A DNA stretch of 32,000 nucleotides from Candidatus Jordarchaeales archaeon (GCA_038889235.1 JAWAHN010000001.1:524499-556498); one strand, 5' to 3'. Positions 8,751 through 19,037 are shown, counted from the stretch's first letter. A program made the numbers and translations. The notes: generated by a model not told the origin, from the letters alone.

Positions 8751-9979
8751 CCCTCCGATAACTCTTTCAAGACTCCAACGAAGCGATCCACTTCTTCACG
8801 CGTATTGTAGACGTAGAAACTTGCCCTGACTGATGCTTTTAAACCTAGGCGCTGGTGTAATGGTTGAGCACAGTGGAGGCCGCTTCGAACCATTATTCCG
8901 AACTGATCGAGTAGTAGCGCTAAGTCGTGTGAGGATAGGCCAGCCATGTTAAACGGTATTATTCCACTCCTGTCAACGTTCTTGTTTGGACCATAAACAT
9001 CTAAACCGCCTATTTCTGCGAGCTTGTCTAGAGCGTATTTAGTTAGATTTCTCTCGTGCGCGTACACGTTTTCCATGCCCAACCGTTTCAGGTACCTTAC
9101 CGCTTCCATGAGGCCTATGGCGCCACATACGTTAGGCGTCCCAGCTTCGAACTTCCAGGGCAGCTCGTTCCACGATATTTTGAGGTTCTTTTCGACGGGG
9201 TCGTACCTCACTTCCCTTATCATGCCGCCTCCGAGGAGGAATGGTTCTCCTTCCTCTAGAAGCTCGCGCTTAGCGTAAAGTACGCCTATTCCCGTCGGTC
9301 CAAGCATCTTGTGGCCTGAAAAGGCTAGGAAGTCGATGTCAAGTTTTTTGACGTCTACTGGAATGTGAGGGACCGACTGTGCCCCGTCCACGAGGACCAA
9401 CGCGCCATGGTCGTGTGCAAGCTTCGAGATTCTCTTCACGTCGTTTATTACGCCTGTAACGTTTGAAACATGCGTCACGCAAACCAGTCGAGTCTTCCCC
9501 GTCATAAGCTGTTCTAAGTTCTCGTAATTTAGCGTGCCATCGCTATTGACGTCCGCGTATTTAACTTTAAACTTCCTAATTTTTGAAAGAGATTCCCACG
9601 GAACCAAGTTGCTGTGGTGTTCCATTAACGTGACGACCACTTCGTCTTCAGGGTTCAGCTTTAACCCCCAAGAGTAGGCGACAAGGTTTATCGCTTCGGT
9701 GGCGTTTTTCGTAAAGACCACTTCCTCGTAGCTCTCCGCGTTTATGAATCTCGCCACTTCTTCGTGCGCTTTCTCGTAGAGCTCGGTCGCCTCCTGGGAC
9801 AATGTGTGAATAGCTCTGTGTATGTTGGCATTGCTTCTTTCGTAAAACTCCTTCATTGCCTCTATCACGCTTCTCGGCTTTTGCGAGGTAGCAGCGTTGT
9901 CAAAGTATATCAAAGGGTAGCCGTTCACTGTCCTCTTGAGTATGGGGAAATCCTCCCTGACCTCGTATGGGTCAAACAA
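8738..9979 (-). CDS. sufS: SufS/CsdA-type cysteine desulfurase (group II)
   Basis: YFDNAATSQKP, MEHHSN, DGAQS, FSGHKMLGPTGIG (PLP Lys), EAGTPN, RSGLHCA (catalytic Cys). Confidence 0.93.
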   Translation of the reverse strand: MFDPYEVREDFPILKRTVNGYPLIYFDNAATSQKPRSVIEAMKEFYERSNANIHRAIHTLSQEATELYEKAHEEVARFINAESYEEVVFTKNATEAINLVAYSWGLKLNPEDEVVVTLMEHHSNLVPWESLSKIRKFKVKYADVNSDGTLNYENLEQLMTGKTRLVCVTHVSNVTGVINDVKRISKLAHDHGALVLVDGAQSVPHIPVDVKKLDIDFLAFSGHKMLGPTGIGVLYAKRELLEEGEPFLLGGGMIREVRYDPVEKNLKISWNELPWKFEAGTPNVCGAIGLMEAVRYLKRLGMENVYAHERNLTKYALDKLAEIGGLDVYGPNKNVDRSGIIPFNMAGLSSHDLALLLDQFGIMVRSGLHCAQPLHQRLGLKASVRASFYVYNTREEVDRFVGVLKELSEGLKR

Positions 9980-10472
9980 CGCTGCCGCCCCCCATTTTTT
10001 TGGCGAGCCTCTTAGCCAGCTCTTCCTCCTCTAAGGCCTGCCTTTCCTCGAAGGTCAACTCCTCCGGGAGCCAGTCTGGCTTACTCCCTGTCCTCCTATA
10101 GTAGTCCCTTATGGCCCTCCTCATCGCTCCGACGGCTAGCACACCACAATGGAACTTGACTGAGGGTAAGCCTCCAACCTCCTCTGAAACCTGCTTCCAA
10201 GAGATGTTCCAGGCGTCCTTCAGCGTCTTACCTTTAACCATTTCGGTCAGAATGCTGGCTGTTGCGATGTTTGCAGCGCACCCGTAGCTTTCGAAGCTAG
10301 CTTTCTCAATGACCTCGCCTTCGCCCACCTTAAGGTAGAAGGTTATCATGTCCCCGCACATGGGGTTTCCTGCGACTGCCCAGGCATCCGCGTCATCCAT
10401 CCTTCCAAGGTTCTTTGGGTTCCTAAAGAGCTCCAAAACCTTTGGACTGTAGGGAAGCGGCGCACGCGACAA
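9972..10472 (-). CDS. iscU: IscU/NifU-N-type Fe-S scaffold with acidic helical C-terminal extension
   Basis: GNPMCGD, YGCAANIA and KFHC (three Cys ligands). TTG start at 10472. Confidence 0.9.
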   Translation of the reverse strand: MSRAPLPYSPKVLELFRNPKNLGRMDDADAWAVAGNPMCGDMITFYLKVGEGEVIEKASFESYGCAANIATASILTEMVKGKTLKDAWNISWKQVSEEVGGLPSVKFHCGVLAVGAMRRAIRDYYRRTGSKPDWLPEELTFEERQALEEEELAKRLAKKMGGGSVV

Positions 10473-10476
10473 CCCA

Positions 10477-11694
10477 CTAACCCCCCATGCTCCCATATAT
10501 CATTCTAAGCCTGGACACAGATTCGCGCAGAGACTGAAGAACGTAGTCTATGTCCTCGTCGGTGTGGTATCGTGTAACCTTCATTAGAATGCTCCCATGA
10601 GCCTCCTCAAACCTCCTCCCAATGGCAAGAAGCACGTGACTAGGCTGGAGTATACGCCTCGTGCACGCACTTCCACTAGAGACATAAACTCCCTTTAAAC
10701 TAAGCTCCACGGTCAACGATTCGCCCTCACATTTGAGGAAGCTTATGTTGACGTTGTCCGGCGCCCTTTTGTCGCCCAGCGGCCCGTTCAGAAGGGTACC
10801 ATCTATGCTGCTCAAAACTCCACTTATGAGCTTGTCCCTTAGCTTCTTCATCCGCGCGACGTTCATGTCGAAGTTGTTGAACGCTTTATCCGAAGCCGCT
10901 GCGAAACCAACAATCAGAGGAGTGTTTTCGACGCCAGGCCACAGCTTCTGCGTTCCAAACTGGCCCTCCAATATTTTCTCGACGGAGACGCCGCTTCTAA
11001 CGTAAAGGGCGCCAACCCCCCTTGGTCCCAGAATTTTGTAGCTGCTTATGGTCGCTAAGTCCACGCCTAGTCGATTTACATCAAACTTTACCCGCCCGTA
11101 AGCGTCGGAAGCGTCTGTGTGAAAGACTGCCTCAGGGCTCTTGTCTTTCACTATTTCGACTGCCTCCCTAATTGGCTCAATTGTTCCAATTTCGTTGTTT
11201 ACGGCCATGAAGCTAGCTAAAATTACTTCGCGGTCGGCGAACTCCTTCAACTTTTCGAGGTCGATGAATCCTTCGCTGTCAACTGGAACTTTCACTGTTA
11301 TGAAGCCGTAGTTTTCCAGCATGCGGCAAACGTGGAGGACACTTAAGGGTTCGATCTCGGACACAAGTATCTTCCGCCCCTTCTCCCTTTGCTTAAGGGA
11401 GACACCCATGATAGCGAGGTTGTTCGCCTCAGTCTCGCCTGGGGTGAAGTTCACCTCCTCCGGCTCCTTGGCACCGATGAATCTGGCAACTTTCTCGGCG
11501 GACTTCCAGATAGCGTCGTAGGCTTCCCATCCCGGCTTGTGTGTAAGAGTTGGGTTCCCATAAGCAATTTTGTTGAAATAAGGTAACATTACTTCGAGGA
11601 CCTCGTCTGGAACCCAGCTCGAGTTTTCTATGTCAAGGTAGACCTCTTTCTTGAGCTCACCATGTGCTTTGATGAGCTCCTCAACGCCGCTCAT
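10477..11694 (-). CDS. iscS: IscS/NifS-like protein with degenerate PLP pocket
   Basis: VNNEIG, SSYKILGPRG and SSGSACT recognisable. Several PLP-binding residues are substituted (see findings). ATG at 11694. Confidence 0.8.
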   Translation of the reverse strand: MSGVEELIKAHGELKKEVYLDIENSSWVPDEVLEVMLPYFNKIAYGNPTLTHKPGWEAYDAIWKSAEKVARFIGAKEPEEVNFTPGETEANNLAIMGVSLKQREKGRKILVSEIEPLSVLHVCRMLENYGFITVKVPVDSEGFIDLEKLKEFADREVILASFMAVNNEIGTIEPIREAVEIVKDKSPEAVFHTDASDAYGRVKFDVNRLGVDLATISSYKILGPRGVGALYVRSGVSVEKILEGQFGTQKLWPGVENTPLIVGFAAASDKAFNNFDMNVARMKKLRDKLISGVLSSIDGTLLNGPLGDKRAPDNVNISFLKCEGESLTVELSLKGVYVSSGSACTRRILQPSHVLLAIGRRFEEAHGSILMKVTRYHTDEDIDYVLQSLRESVSRLRMIYGSMGG

Positions 11695-11864
11695 TCCAGA
11701 AACCAGCTCCCGGCAAACTTTATCCCTAAAACTAGTTTCACGACAAGCTATAAGGGTTTCGTTTTTAAACAAAAAATGCGCTTAACTTGAAAAAGCTTTT
11801 ATTTCCCTACGGCACCAGTCCAATAAGCAGGAACTATTGGAGCCAAAACCAGCTGCAAAGGTGA

Positions 11865-13055
11865 GTGGTGAAAATTTTCGCCGCACCCCCATTTGACTTT
11901 GACTTGATTTCGAGCCTTGTAGCCTCCGAGTTTGCTGTATCAGACGCATTCCTAGACGAGGAGGGCACGCCGACATTCATCCTTCCCCCAGACCAGGAGA
12001 CGAAGAAACCCTTCAAACGCCTCCTCGAAAAACTGAGGCTCTACAACCTACTAGCTGTCATGCGCTATGCCAGCTTAGATGCGGCATACGTGAGTCTTTC
12101 AGAGGGCGACTATCCGAAAACAGAAAAGGTGATAGTGTTAAAGGTCTTCCCAATGGAGGAGAGGAAGAGGAGGAGCCCCTTGATCAATGCAGCCCTCCTT
12201 GCTGTTACAACTTTAACGATAATGATGGCTGGTTACAACTTTGCTAACGAGTTCAACAACAGCCTTTTCCTGCTATCCCTTTTTGGACTTCCCCCAATGT
12301 ATTACTATCAGCCTCCATTAATTCACGCGATATATTACACACTCGCGATATACGGAATAATAGGACTTCACGAAATGGCACATTACTTTGTGTCCAAGGT
12401 AAGGGGAGTAAAGGCCACACTACCATATTTTATACCGGGATGGCCGTTCGGAACCTTTGGTGCTCTCATAATGCAGGAGACGCCAGTCGCAAATAGGGAC
12501 GAGCTTTTCGACGTGGGTATTAGTGGCCCGCTAACAAGCCTTGTGATAGCAGTCATAGCGACCATAGCTGGAATTTTGATAGCACCCGTGATACCGTGGC
12601 CTGTAGTCTATGAGATGGAAAGACTTTCGAGGGAGATTCAGGTTCAATTACTTAGCCCGTTACCAACACCAATCTTGTATGAACTGATTAGAGGACTGGT
12701 ACCTAAGCCGGTTTACGGTGTGGATTTGCTTAACCCGCTTCTCTGGGCTTCATGGGCCGGCATGTTAATCGTCGCCCTTAACCTCTTTCCGATAGGACAG
12801 CTTGACGGGGGGCACTGTGCCCGAGCTGTGCTAGGTATGAGGGCGCATTACATCGCGTCGATAATCTCAGCTGTGGTCATGGCGCTGCTAGGATATTTCC
12901 CCATGGCACTATTGGCCCTCCTGCTCTCCATAAGAGGGCACCCTGGACCATTAGACGACGTGTCTAAAGTGACTACTTCAAGGAAGATAGGGTTTATTGC
13001 ATGCATCATCCTGGCGATACTCTGCATACCGCCACTGACTTTCTCGTTATTCTAA
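11865..13055 (+). CDS. Site-2 protease, peptidase M50 family
   Basis: HEMAH zinc motif, GISGP, NLFPIGQLDGGH, multiple TM helices. Confidence 0.92.
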   Translation: MVKIFAAPPFDFDLISSLVASEFAVSDAFLDEEGTPTFILPPDQETKKPFKRLLEKLRLYNLLAVMRYASLDAAYVSLSEGDYPKTEKVIVLKVFPMEERKRRSPLINAALLAVTTLTIMMAGYNFANEFNNSLFLLSLFGLPPMYYYQPPLIHAIYYTLAIYGIIGLHEMAHYFVSKVRGVKATLPYFIPGWPFGTFGALIMQETPVANRDELFDVGISGPLTSLVIAVIATIAGILIAPVIPWPVVYEMERLSREIQVQLLSPLPTPILYELIRGLVPKPVYGVDLLNPLLWASWAGMLIVALNLFPIGQLDGGHCARAVLGMRAHYIASIISAVVMALLGYFPMALLALLLSIRGHPGPLDDVSKVTTSRKIGFIACIILAILCIPPLTFSLF

Positions 13056-13108
13056 GTAAGCATTGACTTGTCGGTGAGGAAAAAGAAAAAAAACCGAGAA
13101 ATTTGTTC

Positions 13109-14386
13109 TCAGTGGGAGCTGAGATTCTTTTCCTCCTTCTTTATTGCGAGCACAGCTGCTCCATGCGGTACGACTTTAACTTTCGCGTCTTTTCCAGCAA
13201 TTTCGAGGGCTTGCCTTAACCCTTCCTGTGGGTCTTCTATTGGAGTTATGTTGAACACTTTTTCCACTTCTTCCGGGGGAAGAGACGACATCATGAATAT
13301 TCTCACTTTTCGTAAGGCTTTCGCCAGGTAGTATGCTTTGTGTCCGCCCATTTTGAACTCGCTTTTGAGCCTCCGCTCCATTTCTTCTACGCTTAGTTTT
13401 TGCTTCATCCACTCGTGGAAAACTTGGTTTCCAACACCTTCTCTGCACTCTGCTAGGAAAACCACGCATCCTCCATTCTTCACTATCGGGAGAACGTTGT
13501 CCAGCGCTTTGTGGGCTTGATAGAGGTCGATGTCCTTCGGATACCCCCCGGCGCTCACTACCACTATATCGGCCGGCTCGCTCTCGGCTTTGTAGAGAGC
13601 GTCAACAAGCCGTACACCCTCCATAAACGCCGCCTCGAGGTCCCCGCTGAAAGCCTGAACTATCTTACCGTCAGTATTCTGCACTACGTTGACTATGAAG
13701 TCTGGCTTCGCTAGGCGAGCTGCTTCTGTCATGTCAAGGTGCACTGGGTTACCGTTAAGGACGCCGCTCCTAGCGGCTGGGTGAAGCATCATGGCGTGGT
13801 TGAAAAGTATCGTTTCCCGCGCTGAAACGCCGGGGAGTATGCTTTTCCGCCCCCCCGTGTACCCTGCATAATAGTGGAAAGTGATGTCTCCTGTAAGTAT
13901 CTTCGCGTCAGCCTCCGCAACCAAGGAGTTAATGTAAACCCTATTGCCGAAAGAAGTCTCTCCCATGAAGGTCACATCACCGTCACAATTGTGGCTAACC
14001 CATTCGTATTTGCTCCACACGTCTTCTCCAAGTATCGACTTGGCCTCTTCATCTTTCACTTTCCTATGCGTGCCGCAACCAAAGATTATGGTTATCTCTC
14101 TGCGAGAGAAGCCGATTTCCTCAAGCTCACTAAGCAGCGCTGCCAGAATCTCACGCGTCCTCGTATCCCTTGTGTGGTCGTTCACCACCACGACGACGTT
14201 ACGTTTACCTCTTAGCACCACGTGGAGGGGGGGACTTTTAATAGGGCTTCTAATGCTCCTCTTAACTTCACCTACCGGGTCAGAGCAACCAGGAACATCT
14301 CTAACTTCAAGCACGCCGGCAAAGTTCTCGTCAGGCACTTCAACGCTCACTTCGGTCGAACCGTACCTCAAAGCGAACTTCGCCAA
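13109..14386 (-). CDS. larA: LarA-family nickel-pincer racemase/epimerase
   Basis: DHTR, GTHR, FHYYAGYTGGRKSILPG, GGYPKDIDLYQ. Probable TTG start at 14386. Confidence 0.88.
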   Translation of the reverse strand: MAKFALRYGSTEVSVEVPDENFAGVLEVRDVPGCSDPVGEVKRSIRSPIKSPPLHVVLRGKRNVVVVVNDHTRDTRTREILAALLSELEEIGFSRREITIIFGCGTHRKVKDEEAKSILGEDVWSKYEWVSHNCDGDVTFMGETSFGNRVYINSLVAEADAKILTGDITFHYYAGYTGGRKSILPGVSARETILFNHAMMLHPAARSGVLNGNPVHLDMTEAARLAKPDFIVNVVQNTDGKIVQAFSGDLEAAFMEGVRLVDALYKAESEPADIVVVSAGGYPKDIDLYQAHKALDNVLPIVKNGGCVVFLAECREGVGNQVFHEWMKQKLSVEEMERRLKSEFKMGGHKAYYLAKALRKVRIFMMSSLPPEEVEKVFNITPIEDPQEGLRQALEIAGKDAKVKVVPHGAAVLAIKKEEKNLSSH

Positions 14387-14512
14387 GAAACCACCCAAGA
14401 GGACTGTGGCATGAATGGCTATAAAAAGTTCACACCACCTTTTACTGCAGAAAAGGATATATTTTTGGGTAAATTAACCTATAAGCAAAACTTCCCAGCT
14501 GGGGAGAATGAA

Positions 14513-14992
14513 ATGGCGCAGGCAAGCGTGAAAGCGGTAGCGCTTGCATTAACCGTTATAGTTGCCGCCTCCTTTGGAGCAGCAGGATACTTATACTACC
14601 AGAACAACGCAGCTCAGCAACAGCAAAGGCTAATGCTTGCAGCAATACTACAACACGACTTAACCCACGTAACAGTCATAATAAACTACGGAAACGGAAC
14701 AATAGAGTCACACACAGTAAAATACACACCCGGAATGAATGCATTACAAGCACTATATGAAGTAGCTGAAGTCGACGGAAGATACTACGAGTTTGATGGG
14801 ACACCGTCATTCTACATAACAGTCATAAATGGTGTTCGAGAAGGCGATAGGGAAGGTTACTTCTGGCTGTACTATGTTAAGCACTACTTCTCCCTCTCCA
14901 TCGAGCTCCCTCTAGTAGGCGTAAATAAGTGCCTGCTTTCTGGAGGAGACACGGTACTGTTTGTCTATACTAATGTTTTCCCGTTCTCCTAA
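14513..14992 (+). CDS. Membrane-anchored DUF4430/transcobalamin-like substrate-binding protein
   Basis: N-terminal TM anchor, NALQAL, FYITVINGV, YFWLYYV pattern. Adjacent to an ECF S component. Confidence 0.7.
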   Translation: MAQASVKAVALALTVIVAASFGAAGYLYYQNNAAQQQQRLMLAAILQHDLTHVTVIINYGNGTIESHTVKYTPGMNALQALYEVAEVDGRYYEFDGTPSFYITVINGVREGDREGYFWLYYVKHYFSLSIELPLVGVNKCLLSGGDTVLFVYTNVFPFS

Positions 14993-15054
14993 TTTTTTTG
15001 TTTAAAAAATTATATAGGATGATTTGTCCTGTTACTGTGACGGGGTGTAGTTGC

Positions 15055-15669
15055 ATGTATGTAGTCCCGAAATCTGTTCGTGCTTCGCTTGCCGGTTTTC
15101 TTACTGCTGCAGCTGTGGCTGGAACTTTTGCTCTTTCACCGTTGCCGAACGTGGAGGTTATAACGTTTTGCGCTTTCGTCGCTGGCTTTCTTTTCGGTTG
15201 GAGGATCGGAGGTATGGTTGGTGCTTTGTCTATGTTTATTTTCAGCGCTATTTCTCCTTACGGCTCCGGTTTAAGTTACCCCTTTTTGCTTGCAACACAG
15301 GTTTTCGGGATGACTGTTGCTGGGCTAGTTGGGGGCCTGCTTAAAGGACTGCTCCGAAACTTCAGAACGACTTCTTTTTGGACGATGTACATTTTTGGTG
15401 TGTCTGGAGCCGCGGTAACTTTGTTGTATGATGTTGTCACAACGCTGGGTTTCATGTATCCCATGATTCCCTTCTCTGAGTTCCCCGCTGTTTTCGCTGC
15501 CGGTATTCCATTCACGGTCGTCCACGTGGCGAGTAACGTCGTTCTCTTAGGTATTGTAGCGCCTTTCGTTATAAGGTCTGTCAAGGCTATGCTTGGAGAA
15601 GTTGAGCCTAGTACTGCAGAGGAGCTTCGTGAAAGTGAAACAGAAGTAGAGGAGTCCTCTAAAGGGTAG
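15055..15669 (+). CDS. ECF transporter S component (cobalamin/vitamin-type)
   Basis: PLPNVEVIT motif, about 6 TM helices, HVASN. ATG at 15055 after GGGGTG. Confidence 0.78.
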   Translation: MYVVPKSVRASLAGFLTAAAVAGTFALSPLPNVEVITFCAFVAGFLFGWRIGGMVGALSMFIFSAISPYGSGLSYPFLLATQVFGMTVAGLVGGLLKGLLRNFRTTSFWTMYIFGVSGAAVTLLYDVVTTLGFMYPMIPFSEFPAVFAAGIPFTVVHVASNVVLLGIVAPFVIRSVKAMLGEVEPSTAEELRESETEVEESSKG

Positions 15670-15888
15670 CATGTTGGTTTGCCCGAGAACTGTGGGACCA
15701 AGCTTTCAGGGGGCACACTTGGCGAACGCTGCGGTCCGGCTATTCGTTGAACGGGTTTTGCGTCTCGCAGACTCACCTTTATTTGGTGCGGCGGTTTTGG
15801 CAGGGTAAGTTAATTGTAGAGCCTCCTTTTTGTAGTAATCGAAGACTGGAAGGATGTTTTCGGTTTTAGCCCTGGGGGCGCTTCTCGG

Positions 15889-16089
15889 TCAATCCCCTGA
15901 CACTATTACTAGCGCTCCAGTTTTGCACGCCATGGCGCAAGTGAAACATTCCTTCTTTTTAGCACACTTAGAGATGTCAACCTCGAAGGGTTCTATCTTA
16001 GTTATTGCCTGCACGGAGCATGCCTTCATGCAAGCAGCACATTTGTTGCAGCGTTGGGGGTGTTTTAGCTGCGGGTAGTTGAATGGCAA
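15889..16089 (-). CDS. 2x[4Fe-4S] ferredoxin
   Basis: CNKCAACMKAC and CAKKKECFTCAMAC. TTG start after GGAGGG. Confidence 0.85.
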   Translation of the reverse strand: MPFNYPQLKHPQRCNKCAACMKACSVQAITKIEPFEVDISKCAKKKECFTCAMACKTGALVIVSGD

Positions 16090-16459
16090 AACGACCCTCC
16101 ACGGTACTTCTCAACCTGCATTTTTCGACGACCGAGTAGCTGCTTACCGCTCTTCTTTACAGTCCGTGTGTTGAAGTGTTTAATAAGCTGTCGATTGGCC
16201 TTTTTTCAATGAGATGTCGAATGGGGCTTCTTTGCCCAACTGCATCTTGGGACGTACATAGTGACACTTAACGGTTGCGCTCTTAAGGCTCAGCAACCTT
16301 TTCAGCTACTTCAACTGCTATTGTTAAAAAAGAAGCCCCAAAATTTTACATTTATTTCCGATATTTTGGATTTAGGACGCTTGGTAATAGGACCGGTTCG
16401 CTTTTTAGTGGAAGGGGTGAATGAATGTATTTTATTGTTCTCCTCTGTAGGCGGGGGAT

Positions 16460-16789
16460 TTAACTTTCTATTGCTTTCGCTAGCTTTGACAGTTCCATGA
16501 GTTGGTCTCGAGTGATACTGTTAGTTAGTTCTAATAGTTTTCTTACACGCTCATCTTTCAGCCTGTAGAACATTCTTTGCCCCTCCTTCCTGCACTCAAG
16601 GATGCCGGAAACAACTAGCGTTTGAAGGTGCTGGGAGACCGTGGACTGCGACTTACCTATGAATGGAACTATCTCGTATTGGCATTTTTCGCCCTCTTCG
16701 ACAAGCTTTAGTATCTTCAGCCTCGTCTCGTCCGCTAGAGATTTCAGAAGCATGACGTTCTTCTTTATTAGAAGTTCTTCTTTCTCCAA
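16460..16789 (-). CDS. ArsR/SmtB-family transcriptional regulator
   Basis: KSLADETRLKIL, SQSTVSQHLQTL, RKEGQRMFY. Confidence 0.9.
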   Translation of the reverse strand: MEKEELLIKKNVMLLKSLADETRLKILKLVEEGEKCQYEIVPFIGKSQSTVSQHLQTLVVSGILECRKEGQRMFYRLKDERVRKLLELTNSITRDQLMELSKLAKAIES

Positions 16790-16852
16790 AATTTTCCCCC
16801 CGACCAGAGTTCGCTCGTTTTTTCTAATTAACTTATGTTTTAAGATCGGAAT

Positions 16853-16862
16853 ATATTAATAT
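16853..16862. promoter_or_regulatory. AT-rich palindrome ATATTAATAT between divergent arsR and dsrH/E/F-like genes, a candidate operator or promoter element
   Basis: Perfect 10-bp palindrome in the divergent intergenic region. Function inferred only. Confidence 0.35.
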
Positions 16863-16918
16863 TTGCATGATTTCCAAGTTAAACGGCGCCGTTTTAGTTC
16901 TTCAGGGAGAGTGCTGCC

Positions 16919-17236
16919 TTGAAGGTTGTGATCGTTGTTCTCGATCCTCCCAGCTCGGACAGAGCGAGGAAGATAATGGGGCTACTAGAGGAGCTAGCTG
17001 GGCTCGGAACTGAAGTTTCAGTCTATTTTTTAGGGGACGGTGTCTATTGGGGGATAAAGGGATGCCTCGACAGGTTTGCCAACTCTAGAGCTGAATTTTT
17101 CGTAGAAGAAGGCGATCTTGAGGCGAGAGGTATTCAGAGGGAGATTCTTTCGGAGAGAGTTAACATTGTCTCAGAGATAGTTGAAAGGCTTGTTTATGAA
17201 ATTATGGAAAGGGCGGAGAGAGTCATAAGTGTTTAA
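16919..17236 (+). CDS. DsrH/TusB-like (DsrE superfamily) protein
   Basis: VYFLGDGVY, DLEARGI, and position in a three-gene DsrE-like cluster. Confidence 0.75.
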   Translation: MKVVIVVLDPPSSDRARKIMGLLEELAGLGTEVSVYFLGDGVYWGIKGCLDRFANSRAEFFVEEGDLEARGIQREILSERVNIVSEIVERLVYEIMERAERVISV

Positions 17237-17249
17237 GGAGGAGTTATGT

Positions 17250-17630
17250 TTGAGGAAAACGTTGACGATAATTCTGTATCGCGGGCCTTATGCGTCCCAA
17301 AGGGTTGATGTGGGGTTGGCTATCGCAGAGAAGGCACTTGAGAAGGGATACGGTGTCAACATTTTCCTTTACATGGACGCTGTGCATGCCCCTAAAAAGG
17401 GGCAGATGCCAAGGTATTTTCCTAACGTAGGTGAGAAGCTTCGTGCCTTAGCAGAGAAGGGTGCGAGAATTAGGGCGTGCTCTCGGTGCGCGGCCGCCAG
17501 AGGGTATGTAGAGGAAGACGCTAAGGATGGCGTTTACCCGACAAGCCAATATGTTGATGGAGTGGCTATAGTTAATCTGCGTGAGTTGGGGGACTGGATT
17601 AAGTTAAGCGATAAGGTGATAGTGATCTAG
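17250..17630 (+). CDS. DsrE/TusD-like sulfur carrier
   Basis: GPY, IFLYMDAV, ACSRCAAARG (conserved Cys). TTG start at 17250. Confidence 0.82.
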   Translation: MRKTLTIILYRGPYASQRVDVGLAIAEKALEKGYGVNIFLYMDAVHAPKKGQMPRYFPNVGEKLRALAEKGARIRACSRCAAARGYVEEDAKDGVYPTSQYVDGVAIVNLRELGDWIKLSDKVIVI

Positions 17631-17996
17631 GTGGTGATTGGGTTCAAGAGTGTAGTGCTGGTCATTACGAAGCCGCCTTACGGCTCGGAGGATTGCTTCA
17701 GCGGACTCTACGTAGCGGTTGCATGCCTTAACAGTAATCTGAAGTGTAGCGTGATTTTCCTGGGTGATGGAGTGTACGCAACTCTCGCTCATCAGAATAC
17801 TGAGAAACTCTCTGTGCCGAGCGTCGAAGACGTCATCTACGCTTTGCTCCCCGAGGCGAAGCTTTACGTTCACAGGAATTCTCTGCTTGAAAGAGGAATA
17901 CCCGAATCAAAAGTAGTGAAGGGTATAGAGTTAATTGACGACGCAAAGACAGCGGAACTACTATTAAGTGAGGGGGAGTGTATAATAACGTTTTAG
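17631..17996 (+). CDS. DsrF/TusC-like protein
   Basis: TKPPYGSE, IFLGDGVYA, SLLERGI. Confidence 0.8.
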   Translation: MVIGFKSVVLVITKPPYGSEDCFSGLYVAVACLNSNLKCSVIFLGDGVYATLAHQNTEKLSVPSVEDVIYALLPEAKLYVHRNSLLERGIPESKVVKGIELIDDAKTAELLLSEGECIITF

Positions 17997-18254
17997 TTAG
18001 GTAGGCCCTTAAAAGTTATTCAGGGAAGTGAAGGATTGAAGGCGGACACAAATGGCTCCCCTGCTAACGGAGACATGAATATGGCGTAGCTGAGTTTTTG
18101 GGTGTGTAATTCAATTTCTGCTAGTTATTTTTGGTCTGCGACTTCATTGTTGAAGAAGTCATTAATTTGAGTATTAACGATAAATTTAAAAGGAAAACTC
18201 TTTAATCCCACTCTTAGAGTTTTATTGCTGTTTATCGTTAAAAGGGTGAGCTTC

Positions 18255-18539
18255 GTGTCGAAAGTCAAAGTTGATATTTTCATCCCTGTCGGTGCTTGTG
18301 CATGCCAGTTCGCCGGCTTCATGGACAAAGTGTTTAACGTGCTCATGAAGTATCGTGACAAAGTGGAATTTGAGATTAAGTCGTCACTCTCAGATGAAGC
18401 TAAAAACTACAAGATCGGCAGTAAAGGCGTTGTCCTGAACGGCGTAGAAGTTTTTACGGAGCATTTTAAGCCAGATAAGCTTGAGAAAGCCATAGAACAA
18501 GCAATTAAGAAGATTGAAGAAGGAAAAGTGGAAACTTAG
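18255..18539 (+). CDS. Small thioredoxin-fold-like protein with CxC motif
   Basis: IFIPVGACAC and GVVLNG. GTG start at 18255 after GGGTGAG. Confidence 0.6.
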   Translation: MSKVKVDIFIPVGACACQFAGFMDKVFNVLMKYRDKVEFEIKSSLSDEAKNYKIGSKGVVLNGVEVFTEHFKPDKLEKAIEQAIKKIEEGKVET

Positions 18540-18549
18540 TTTTCTTCGC

Positions 18550-19023
18550 TTATTTTTTAATCGATTTTTGCTTTTCAATTCTTTTCTGTTCTTCTCTTAT
18601 TTTGAACTCAACTAGCTTAGCGTATTCTTCAGCGTTCATTAGGTTAGCAGTGTCCGCTTCGAAGTTTCTCGGCTCGACCTTCAGCAACCATCCCTCACCG
18701 TAAGGATCCTGGTTTAAGAGCTCAGGTTCGTCTTTGATTCTAGAATTCACCTCAACGACGCGGCCGCTTATTGGGGAATAGATTCCCATGACGGCTTTAA
18801 CCGATTCGAGTTCTCCTATCTCTTCAGCGGTGTTAATCTCGCATCCTTCTTCTGGCAGGTTTACGTATAGGATGTCGCCCAGCAACAGCTGGAAATAGTC
18901 CGTTATCCCAATAACTGCTGGTGACGCTTCTCTCACCCAGGTATCATGCTGAGAATAGAGAAGTCCTCTAGGGATTTTTATGATGAATTTACCGGAGGCA
19001 ACCTCTATAACGTCAATCATCAT
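18550..19023 (-). CDS. gcvH: GcvH-like lipoyl-carrier protein
   Basis: GITDY, ESVKAV (lipoyl Lys), SPISGRVVEVN, NQDPYGEGWL. Confidence 0.9.
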   Translation of the reverse strand: MMIDVIEVASGKFIIKIPRGLLYSQHDTWVREASPAVIGITDYFQLLLGDILYVNLPEEGCEINTAEEIGELESVKAVMGIYSPISGRVVEVNSRIKDEPELLNQDPYGEGWLLKVEPRNFEADTANLMNAEEYAKLVEFKIREEQKRIEKQKSIKK

Positions 19024-19037
19024 GTAACCTCCAGGCG

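Noticed and set aside
15671-15810. GC-rich intergenic stretch considered as tRNA, tRNA-Sec, cobalamin riboswitch or SECIS
   Set aside because: No cloverleaf, T-loop, B12 box or AUGA/GA core could be built on either strand. Only 4-5 bp hairpins were found.
17490-17560. Small hairpin in the DsrE-like gene considered as an in-frame hidden intron
   Set aside because: No 3-nt bulge/4-bp helix geometry, and the frame is intact.
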